From positions 1,800,001-1,832,000 of the forward strand of contig NC_017080.1 of NCBI RefSeq assembly GCF_000284115.1: a stretch of 32,000 nucleotides of DNA, in the 5' to 3' direction. Under the pieces are notes generated by a model, which saw only the letters and a program-made list of their open reading frames with translations, made no database searches and had not been told where the DNA came from. The stretch's first letter is position 1. Each line of letters begins with the position of its first letter. Below are positions 1-8,726 of this stretch, piece by piece. This DNA comes from Phycisphaera mikurensis NBRC 102666 (GTDB taxonomy: Bacteria; Planctomycetota; Phycisphaerae; Phycisphaerales; Phycisphaeraceae). Made by a program: the position numbers and the translations under genes.

Positions 1-897
1 GGGGAGGCCACGCCCTGGCGGGCCGCCGAGGGCGTGGAGGCCTGGGTGCTGCCCGGCGGCACGTTGGTGGTCCGGGCCGCGGCGGGCGGGCCGGTGGGCG
101 CGGCGCTCGCGCTGGGGGAGGCGCCCGCAGCGGTCGTCGAGGACGTCTGGGGCAACCGCTGGAAGCCGGCCGGCGCGACCGCGAGCACTGCCGAGGTCCG
201 CGTGGGGCGGAGCCCGCTGCGGGTCACCGGCCTGCCGCCGGGGCCGCTGGGCATGCGGGCGAGCTTCGGGATCGACCGCCCGCTGCTGGAGGCGACGCCG
301 CGGCCCCAGCCACGCGTGCTGGTGCTGCGGAACCCGCACGACGCGGCGATCCGCGGCGAGCTGCGTGTCCGCACCCCGCCGGGGTGGACGGTCCGGCCGA
401 CGCGGATCCCGCTGAACCTCGCCCCCGGCGCCACCGCCTCGCTGCCGGTGGAGCTGCAGGTCGCTCCGCACGCCCAGACCGGGACCGTCTTGCTTGATGC
501 CGAGGCGGTTTACGACCTGCAGGGCCCGCGCACCGTCTCGCTGCGAACGCCGCTGACGCTGGGCGTTCCCGGGCTCCGGCTGCAGGCGAGCGTCGCCGAG
601 GCCGCGCCACGCGGCAGCGGCGACCTTCTGGCGACGTGCGTCGCCTTCAACGACGGCGACACCGCCGCCGCCCTCACCGTGTTCGCGCAGGTCGCCGGCC
701 AGCCTTACAGCGAGCGTCTGGCCCCGCAGGTGGAGCCGGGCGGCTTCGCGGTCTTCCGGTTCCGCTTCGCCGGCGCGGCCGAGGAGGCCACCCGCTCGCC
801 GGTCCTCTGCGGGGTGAGACGCAGCGGCAACCCCGGAGCGCTCAACCGGCACCTCCTCCTCAAGCCGGCGGCCGGACGCGGGTCGGAGCGGGACTGA
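1..897 (+). CDS. Hypothetical protein, C-terminal part (5' end lies upstream of the window); possibly tandem Ig-like/CARDB-type beta-sandwich segments
   Basis: Frame 1 is open from base 1 to the stop at 895-897, so the listed GTG at 34 is probably internal. Codons are strongly G/C-ending. Segments such as 'LAPGATASLPVELQVAP...TGTVLLDAEA' resemble beta-sandwich repeats. No family recognised with certainty. Confidence 0.6.
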   Translation, partial: GEATPWRAAEGVEAWVLPGGTLVVRAAAGGPVGAALALGEAPAAVVEDVWGNRWKPAGATASTAEVRVGRSPLRVTGLPPGPLGMRASFGIDRPLLEATPRPQPRVLVLRNPHDAAIRGELRVRTPPGWTVRPTRIPLNLAPGATASLPVELQVAPHAQTGTVLLDAEAVYDLQGPRTVSLRTPLTLGVPGLRLQASVAEAAPRGSGDLLATCVAFNDGDTAAALTVFAQVAGQPYSERLAPQVEPGGFAVFRFRFAGAAEEATRSPVLCGVRRSGNPGALNRHLLLKPAAGRGSERD

Positions 898-930
898 CCA
901 CGCCGCCAGCGGCCCAAGAGCAGAGCCGCT

Positions 931-1148
931 TCCCGGGCAGCGCTCCGCTGATCGCGAAGAGCACATAAGCACGAAGTGCCGCGCCTCGATCACCCGATGC
1001 GCGCCCGCTCGTCATCCCTTGCGAAAGCAAAGCAGGCCGTCGCAACATGCAACGCAACAGCGGCCGAGCGTTCTCCAACCCGATCTGCCCCTCTTCGCGG
1101 CTTCGTGCCTTCGCGCCCTTCGCGATGGAGCGCAGCGTCCACCCGGGA
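931..1148. repeat. Imperfect inverted-repeat element (arms 931-983 and 1096-1148, 112-nt centre) in the convergent spacer
   Basis: Hand-paired blocks: 931-937/1142-1148, 941-946/1127-1132, 951-959/1118-1126, 969-976/1101-1108, 979-983/1096-1100, about 35 bp in total. CTTCG recurs at 1093, 1101, 1109 and 1118 (8-9 nt period), with CGAAG on the left arm. The region is visibly less GC-rich than its flanks. Confidence 0.55.
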
Positions 1149-1219
1149 GCAACAGAACAAGCTCCGACCCCGTCGCAAGCTCCTGTAAGGATTCCTCCCG
1201 GGCGGAGCCCCGATGCGGT

Positions 1220-3436
1220 TCAGGATCCGCCGAGCGCCGCCGCCTCGACCCGCCGCGTCTTGAGCAGCAGCAGCGCGGCCTCCAGCTGCGGGTCCAGCCC
1301 GAGGTCCAGCAGGTCCTCGGGCTGGAGACCCGGCACCTCCACCCGCTCCCGCGCTCCCTCGTCCTGCGGGTCGAGCGGGTCGAGGCCGACGCGTTGCACG
1401 GCCGGATGGCTGCGGGTGAGCAGCGGCGGCGCGGCACCGGGTCCGCGGAGCACGTCGAGCTCCTGGCGCAGCTCGACGCCCCAGGCGACGAACTGGTCGG
1501 GCACGGGGATCTCGATCGTCGGATCGATCCCCCACCGGTCCGCTCCCGGGGCCCGGTGGATCACGGCGCCGCCGGGGAGGCGGTAGTGGTGGGTCGTCAC
1601 CTTCATGCCCCAACGCGGCGGCCGGGTCGATCGCTCGCCGGGGTTCCAGAAGACGTTCTGCACCGAGCCCTTCCCGTAGGTCCGCTCGCCGACGACGGCG
1701 GCGCGGCCGGTGTCGCCGAGGATGCCGGCGACGATCTCCGCCGCCGAGGCCGAGCCCCGGTTGACGAGCACCGCCAGCGGCAGCTCGGTGTCGGTGCCGC
1801 GTCGGCGGGCCTGGTACTTGTCGCGGACGTTGCCGGCGGCGTCGATGGTCTCGACCAGAGGCCCGTCGTCGACGAAGAGGTCGGCGATCTCGATCGCGGA
1901 GCCGAGGAGGCCGCCGGGGTTGAAGCGGAGGTCCAGGATCAGGCCGTGCAGGCTGCCGTCGGCCCGGAGGCCCTCCAAACCGGCTTTCAGGTCGTCCGCC
2001 GTTTGCGGGAGAAACTGCGTGAGCCGCACGTAGCCGATGCCGGCGGCGGCGTCGATCCAATGGCTCCACCCCGCCTCGACGCCGGCCTCGGCGGGGAGCA
2101 ACGACCAGCCCTGCACGGAGTCCAGATCGATGCGGCTGCGGACGATCGACACGTCGCGGACCTCTTCTTCGCCCTCCCGGCGGACGCCGAGCACGACGCG
2201 CGTTCCCTCCGGGCCGGTGATGGCGCGGACGGCGCGAGCCAGCGTCCAGCCGGCGGTCGACCGCCCGTCGACGCTGACGATCTGGTCGCCGGCTTGCAGG
2301 CCCGCGTCCGCTGCGGGGGTGTTGGCCAAGGGGCTGGAGACGGTGAGGGCGAGGTCGCGGAGCGAGATCCGGATCCCGACCCCGAAGAAGGCGCCCTGCG
2401 TCGCCCGCCGCAGCTCGTCGAGGTCGGCGGGCCAGTACATGCCGGTGAACGGATCCAGCGACGCGAGGGCCCCGTCGGCGAACTCGTGGACGCTGACGCT
2501 CTCGGGCACGAGGCCGTCGCCGGCGGCCAGCGCCTCCTCGAGCATCGCCAGCGCTTCGCTCTGCTTCAGGCCCCGGCCCGCCTCCCTCGCCCGCGACTCC
2601 AGCGCCACCAGCTCATCCGCCCACGCCCGCCGCGGCGCCTCGTCGAGAAGGGCGGGAAACTCCACCCGCAGCTCCGGCGTCTCGGCCAGTTGACGCAGCG
2701 CCAGCAGGCCGCCGGCCAGCGCGGGGCCGTAGCCGCCGCGGCCGATGTGCGTCTCCACGGCCCGCTCGAGCGCGGCCGCGGCCATGCCCCGCTCGATCGA
2801 AGCGAGGCGGTCCTGCCAGCGGGGCCCGTCGTCGGCGTCGGGCGGCAGATCGGGCACTTCGCGGCCGAGCCGCCGGTCGCGCTGCCGGACCTGGCGGGCG
2901 AGCTCCAGCGGCCGGTAGAGCCCGACGAGTTCGACGTGGTGGCCCACACGCTCCGCGTCCTCGCGGAAACGCCCGCTCTGTTCGAAGAGCAGGTCGAGCC
3001 GGCCGAAGAGACTGGCGGCGGTCACGAAGTCGGCTCCGGCCTCGGCGGCGCGGGCGGCCGCGTCGAGGCGTTCGACCAGCCGCGAGACCTCCGGCGTCGC
3101 CAGCAGCGCCGCGGGGTCTTCGGCGATGCCGTGTGCCTCGATGACGGCCGCCGCGGCCTCCTCCAGCCGGTCCGCCTCCGCCTGCTCGGTTGCGCGGGCG
3201 AGGGCCCCGGCGAGCGCTTCGGCGACCCAGGCATCGAGCGCCTCGGTGTTGCGGGCGTAGCGGGCCGCCGCCCCGGCGAGGCCGATCCGCTCCGCCACGG
3301 CCGCCCCGCGTGTCTCGTGGAGGGCGACCGTCGCGGCGTCGGACACCGCGTCGGCCCGGGCGGAGCCGGGGGGCGTCGCGGCCGCGAGCAGGAGCGCCGC
3401 GGCGATCGTCCTCGGGCTCGGGCGTGGTCTCCGCAT
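1220..3436 (-). CDS. S41 family C-terminal processing (tail-specific) peptidase with PDZ domain, secreted/periplasmic
   Basis: The ORF runs 1220..3442. I prefer the ATG at 3436 over the TTG at 3442. Signal-like N-terminus MRRPRPSPRTIAAALLLAAATPPGSARA. PDZ-like 'GLQAGDQIVSVDGRS'. S41 core 'LILDLRFNPGGLL...LAVLVNRGSASAAEIVAG...GERTYGKGSVQ'. Confidence 0.9.
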   Translation of the reverse strand: MRRPRPSPRTIAAALLLAAATPPGSARADAVSDAATVALHETRGAAVAERIGLAGAAARYARNTEALDAWVAEALAGALARATEQAEADRLEEAAAAVIEAHGIAEDPAALLATPEVSRLVERLDAAARAAEAGADFVTAASLFGRLDLLFEQSGRFREDAERVGHHVELVGLYRPLELARQVRQRDRRLGREVPDLPPDADDGPRWQDRLASIERGMAAAALERAVETHIGRGGYGPALAGGLLALRQLAETPELRVEFPALLDEAPRRAWADELVALESRAREAGRGLKQSEALAMLEEALAAGDGLVPESVSVHEFADGALASLDPFTGMYWPADLDELRRATQGAFFGVGIRISLRDLALTVSSPLANTPAADAGLQAGDQIVSVDGRSTAGWTLARAVRAITGPEGTRVVLGVRREGEEEVRDVSIVRSRIDLDSVQGWSLLPAEAGVEAGWSHWIDAAAGIGYVRLTQFLPQTADDLKAGLEGLRADGSLHGLILDLRFNPGGLLGSAIEIADLFVDDGPLVETIDAAGNVRDKYQARRRGTDTELPLAVLVNRGSASAAEIVAGILGDTGRAAVVGERTYGKGSVQNVFWNPGERSTRPPRWGMKVTTHHYRLPGGAVIHRAPGADRWGIDPTIEIPVPDQFVAWGVELRQELDVLRGPGAAPPLLTRSHPAVQRVGLDPLDPQDEGARERVEVPGLQPEDLLDLGLDPQLEAALLLLKTRRVEAAALGGS

Positions 3437-3478
3437 CGGCAACCGTAGGAACAGGAACGCCCCGGCGCGTTCGCTGCG

Positions 3479-4834
<1,356 letters not shown>

Positions 4835-5178
4835 CTTTCTCGGGGGCTTTCCGGGGGCGGCTCGTCGGCGAGCCGGGATTGTGGGTGGATCAGCGACCCC
4901 GCCGGGGCGGGCCGCACGCTGACGGGGTCGGGCATCGACCGGATGCCTCCCGGCCTTCAGGCGGGTGGCTCTCCGGGGGGCCCGCCGCTCGGGGGCGTCG
5001 CCATGGTAATGCGCGCCCGGTGCGGAATCGCCCCCCGGGTTACCGGCCGCTGGGGCCTCCGCTCGCGTCCCCCGGGAACCGCGCTCCGGGCCCTTCACCG
5101 GCCGCGTGGCCGACGAAAACTCGCCGCGCACCGCCCGGGGAAGCCCGCCGGCGACGCGGCGGGGGCGCCCGCGGCCCC

Positions 5179-5607
5179 TCAGCCCGGCCCCTCGCGGCGC
5201 GGCTCTTCCTCCTCGGGCTCGTCCCAGAGGATCGTGCCGTCCTCGGGCGGCTCCCGCCGGGCTGCCTCGGCGGCCGGCGGCCGCACGCCGCCGCCGGCGG
5301 TGGGCAGGTCCTCGTCGCCGCGGGTGGCACCCACGAGGCGGTCGCGGGCCACGGCGTACTCCTCCTCGGTCAGCTGCCCGCCGTCGCGCATCGCCCGCAG
5401 GTCCGCCAGCGTGAAGCCGGGGGCGGCACCGCCCTCGGGGGCGTCGGCGTCGCGCCTGAGCCAGAGGCGCAGCACGAAAGCGGCGACGGCCACCACGACG
5501 GCAAGCGCCACCACCCACCCCAGCAGACCGAGCACCTCCCCGATCGCGGGCGGCTTGGCCTGCGAGACGGTCAGGAGAAGCTGAAGCGGCGAACGACGCC
5601 CGGCCAC
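5179..5607 (-). CDS. Small single-pass membrane protein with SHOCT-like C-terminal domain and acidic tail
   Basis: One hydrophobic helix ([25 protein letters not shown]) followed by '[29 protein letters not shown]', which matches the SHOCT pattern as I recall it. GTG start at 5607, 4 nt after the tig stop. The exact start is uncertain. Confidence 0.6.
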   Translation of the reverse strand: MAGRRSPLQLLLTVSQAKPPAIGEVLGLLGWVVALAVVVAVAAFVLRLWLRRDADAPEGGAAPGFTLADLRAMRDGGQLTEEEYAVARDRLVGATRGDEDLPTAGGGVRPPAAEAARREPPEDGTILWDEPEEEEPRREGPG

Positions 5608-5610
5608 CGG

Positions 5611-7044
5611 TCAGGCTTGCGCGGGAGCGGGAGCGTCGGCGTCGTCCGGCACCACCACGGCCTCGGCCCCGGTGACCGTCGCCGACTCCAGGATGCGGTC
5701 CAGCGTCTTCGCCTCGCGGATCGACAGGTAGAGCTGCTCGATCTCGCCGCGGTTGCCCATCTCCTGGCGCACCTTCTCGAAGCGGGCGTTCTGCTGCTGG
5801 GCGATGGCGTAGATGCGGCCGTTCACCTCGTTCTGGGAGACCTCGATCTCGAGCTGCTTCGCCGCCGCGTCGACGATGAAGAACGCCCGCAGCTGGCGGA
5901 CCGCCTCCTCCTCGGACTCGCCGCGGGCCTCGGCGAGCTCGTCGCCGATCTCGTCCTCGGCCTTGCCGCCCATGAGCAGCTGCATCCGGCGGCGCTGGTG
6001 GTTCCGCTCGATCTGGCGGTCCTTGAGGCCGTCGGGCAGCTCCAGCTGGACCTTTTCGAGGAGCTGGTCCGCGAGCTGCTTGTGCAGGGCCTGCCGCTGC
6101 TCACCCGCGGCCCGCTCCAGGAGCATCTTGCGGACCTCCTCGCGAAGCTTCGCCTCGTCCTCCATGCCCACCCGCTCCACGAGCGCCGACATCTCGATCG
6201 GCTGCATGCGGTCGACCCGGTCGATCGTCATCACGAGCGTGACGGGCTGGTCGCGGATCGCCGCGTTCTCGTGGCTCGCCGGGCCCTGCATGGAGATCCG
6301 CTCGACGTGGCCGGCCCGCTTGCCGACCAGCCGCGTGCCCATGTCCGGCACGACGATGCCGGCGATGTGGCCCTTGAAGCCCTTGTCTTCGCCGTGCAGC
6401 AGCGTGTAGGCGCCCGGCACCTCCGCGACGACCTCGGCTCCGTCGTCGGCGTCTTCACCCGCGAGCACCCGCAGGTCCGAGCGGACGTAGTCGCCCTCCT
6501 GCGTCGTGAAGTCCTCGACCTCCTCCATGCTGCCGAAACGCTCCGCCAGCTTCCCGATCTCCTCCTCGACGGCGTCGTCGGTCACCGGCGCCTCCGGCCG
6601 CTCGACCGAGAGCGACGAGAACTCGGGCAGGCTGACGTCGGGGGTGACCTCGACGTCGATGGTGAAGCTGAAGTCGCCGCTGTCGGGCAGCTCCAGCGTC
6701 TCGGCGTCGCGCACCTCGGGCTCGCCGAGCACGTCGAGCTCGTGTTCCTCGACGGCCTTGCCGTAGGCCTCGGAGATGATCTGCTGCTTCACGTCGCCGC
6801 GGATGCTGCTGGCGAACTTGCGCTCGAGCAGCTTGCGGGGCGCGCGGCCTTTGCGGAAGCCGGGCAGCACCGCGTCCTCCGCGAGCGTGCCGTAGGTCTC
6901 CTCGATCTTCCGCTTCACCTCGTCCTGCGACACCGTGAAGACCATCGTCTTACGGGCCGGGCCGGAGTCCTCCAGCTTGAGGTCGGCGCGGACGGTGTCG
7001 TCGGTTTCGGTTTCGGGGGCGTCGGCAACGGCGGATTCGGACAT
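5611..7044 (-). CDS. tig: Trigger factor (ribosome-associated peptidyl-prolyl isomerase chaperone)
   Basis: 477 aa from ATG 7044. The N-terminal ribosome-binding region '[18 protein letters not shown]' and the overall trigger-factor layout were recognised by eye. Confidence 0.93.
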   Translation of the reverse strand: MSESAVADAPETETDDTVRADLKLEDSGPARKTMVFTVSQDEVKRKIEETYGTLAEDAVLPGFRKGRAPRKLLERKFASSIRGDVKQQIISEAYGKAVEEHELDVLGEPEVRDAETLELPDSGDFSFTIDVEVTPDVSLPEFSSLSVERPEAPVTDDAVEEEIGKLAERFGSMEEVEDFTTQEGDYVRSDLRVLAGEDADDGAEVVAEVPGAYTLLHGEDKGFKGHIAGIVVPDMGTRLVGKRAGHVERISMQGPASHENAAIRDQPVTLVMTIDRVDRMQPIEMSALVERVGMEDEAKLREEVRKMLLERAAGEQRQALHKQLADQLLEKVQLELPDGLKDRQIERNHQRRRMQLLMGGKAEDEIGDELAEARGESEEEAVRQLRAFFIVDAAAKQLEIEVSQNEVNGRIYAIAQQQNARFEKVRQEMGNRGEIEQLYLSIREAKTLDRILESATVTGAEAVVVPDDADAPAPAQA

Positions 7045-7122
7045 AGCGGTTCTTCGGGTCCTTGGGTGGAGGAGCGCCGTCGGCGGCGCAGCCCCTCATG
7101 ATCGGCGCCCCGGCCGGAAACG

Positions 7123-8697
7123 TCAAGCCGACGCCGCCGGGAGACTCCCGGCGGCCGCCTGCAGCGTCATCAGCCGCTCACGCAGCAGCGCCCGGTCGAT
7201 CGCCAGCGGCAGGGCGCCGTCGGTCGCGTCGGCGAGGGCCTCGGCCTCGGCGAGGACGCGTTCGCGGCGGCCGGCGCCGCGGACCGAGAGGGCGAGGTCG
7301 CCGAACGCGTTCATCAGGTGCAGCGCCGCGTTGCGGTCCGCGGCCACGTAGGGCCGCAGCTGATCGCAGGCGAGCCCGAGCGCCTCCTCGAAGGAGATGG
7401 ACACCGCGAGCACCCGCAGCACCCCGTCCTCGTCGAGGCGGCGTGGCTCCAGCGGCTCGCGCTCGCCCAGCGCCGCGAGGCCGCTGCGGAGCCAGTCGAT
7501 GGCGGTCACCGCGGTGAAGGGATCGTTGATGCCCGGGGAGACCGCCCGCGCCGCGATCTCGACCAGCTCGTCCACGAGGAAGCGCAGGTCCTGGTGGTGC
7601 GTCTTCTCGCTGCCCAGCGACAGCAGGCCCTGGAGCCGCCCCGTGAGAGGGTCGGGCTCCGCCTCGCCGCCGAAGACGCCGCGGATCCGCGCCACCGGCC
7701 TAGCTTCCGCGTCGGCGGATTCGGGCGCCGGCCCGCCGCCGGGGCCGAAGCGTTCCGGCGGCCAAGCCTTCAGCACCGGCTGCCCCTCCGCGACGAAGTC
7801 TCCGGGCCGCCGCAGCAGCTCCACGACCAGGCCGTGCTCGCGGCAGAGCTTCATCAGCCGCTCGTCGTCGATCGCGCGGATGTAGCCGCTGCGGGGTGAG
7901 CCCACGAGCCGGCCCTGCTCGCCGAAGGCCGCGGGGAGCCGGTCGCGTTCGCCGGCCTCCGGCGCCGGCTCTTCGGGCCGGCCCTCGCCGATGCGGCCGG
8001 GGAAGCGTTCCTCCACCCCCTCGAGCAGGTCCCGCCCGATCCCGGCGGTGATGTTCTGCGCGTTGATGCTCTCGGGCACGTGGTGGATGAAGTAGATCAG
8101 CACCGCCGTCGAGGCGATCGCGAGCCCCAGCGCCACCAGCACCGAGACCTGCGGCACGAACGAGCTCACCGCGAAATCGGCGTTGTCGTCGGAGCCGCCG
8201 CGGACCGTCCGCAGGATCATCAGCGCGTAGAGGAAGGTCGCGATGAAGGTGCCCAGGGTGTACTGATTGCCCCGGTCGCGCATGAAGTTGGTCATCAGCC
8301 GCGGGCCCAGCTGGCCGGCGGCGTAGGAGACCGACGCGATCGTCATCGAGAAGGTGACGCCCGCGACCGTGATCATGGAGCCCGCGATCGTGGACAGCAC
8401 CGCCCGTGCCCCGTCCGGCCGGTTCGTGTACGCCCAGAGGTGATCGGCGAAGACCTCCGAGCCGACCTCCGCGTCGATCCACAGCGTCAGGAGCGAGGCG
8501 GCCACGGCCGCGACGGCCATCCAGGCCGGCACGAACCAGTAGGTGGAGCGGAGGCTGCGGACGGAGTCGAAGAGGGCGGCGTGGATGCGGGCGGTTCCTA
8601 GAGGGGCCTCGGACGCTACGCGGACGCGCCCGCCGCCGCCGCCGCCGCCGCCGCCGCTCGTGGCCGCCGGCGATGCGTCGCCGGCGGGGGGCGGCAT
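7123..8697 (-). CDS. DUF2254 domain-containing membrane protein
   Basis: The 3' part of the 1235-aa ORF matches the DUF2254 pattern: 'LRSTYWFVPAWM', 'TIAGSMITVAGVTFSMTIASVSYAAGQLGPRLMTNFMRDRGNQ', 'LIYFIHHVPESINAQNI'. The first in-frame ATG after the upstream gene's stop is 8697, 30 nt downstream of that stop. No later ATG/GTG/TTG precedes the conserved N-terminus. Confidence 0.85.
   Translation of the reverse strand: MPPPAGDASPAATSGGGGGGGGGRVRVASEAPLGTARIHAALFDSVRSLRSTYWFVPAWMAVAAVAASLLTLWIDAEVGSEVFADHLWAYTNRPDGARAVLSTIAGSMITVAGVTFSMTIASVSYAAGQLGPRLMTNFMRDRGNQYTLGTFIATFLYALMILRTVRGGSDDNADFAVSSFVPQVSVLVALGLAIASTAVLIYFIHHVPESINAQNITAGIGRDLLEGVEERFPGRIGEGRPEEPAPEAGERDRLPAAFGEQGRLVGSPRSGYIRAIDDERLMKLCREHGLVVELLRRPGDFVAEGQPVLKAWPPERFGPGGGPAPESADAEARPVARIRGVFGGEAEPDPLTGRLQGLLSLGSEKTHHQDLRFLVDELVEIAARAVSPGINDPFTAVTAIDWLRSGLAALGEREPLEPRRLDEDGVLRVLAVSISFEEALGLACDQLRPYVAADRNAALHLMNAFGDLALSVRGAGRRERVLAEAEALADATDGALPLAIDRALLRERLMTLQAAAGSLPAASA
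8632..8655. repeat. (GCC)8 trinucleotide microsatellite, encoding most of a Gly9 run on the minus strand near the DUF2254 5' end
   Basis: Counted directly: eight perfect GCC units at 8632-8655, flanked by near-units. Confidence 0.9.
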
Positions 8698-8726
8698 CAC
8701 GTGCTGCCGCGGACCGTCCCGTCCGG

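Noticed and set aside
860-1188. Small ORFs in the first convergent spacer: 860..1078(-), 976..1188(+), 1012..1437(-), 1047..1586(+)
   Set aside because: They overlap one another and the inverted-repeat element, lack the G/C-ending codon bias of real genes here, and have no recognisable features. The region is better explained as non-coding.
1019-3448. 809-aa plus-strand ORF, with further long ORFs at 990..2069(-), 3728..5584(+), 4879..7101(+), 8406..11093(+), 11581..13128(-), 12862..15588(+), 16092..17441(-), 16960..18507(-), 18701..20542(+), 19963..21648(+), 21699..23792(-), 21701..24091(+), 26391..28058(+), 27899..29398(+) and 29169..30776(+)
   Set aside because: All are antisense to, or out of frame with, genes that have clear family signatures. 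Their translations are Arg/Gly/Pro/Ala/His-rich low-complexity strings typical of non-coding frames in GC-rich DNA, where stop codons are rare. No motif was recognisable in any of them.
4835-5518. N-terminal extension of clpX (228 codons) and a possible clpP remnant in the clpX-upstream spacer
   Set aside because: The extension is low-complexity and overlaps the SHOCT gene in another frame. None of the three minus-strand frames of 4835-5178 shows ClpP-like sequence, and no Ser-His-Asp context motifs were seen.
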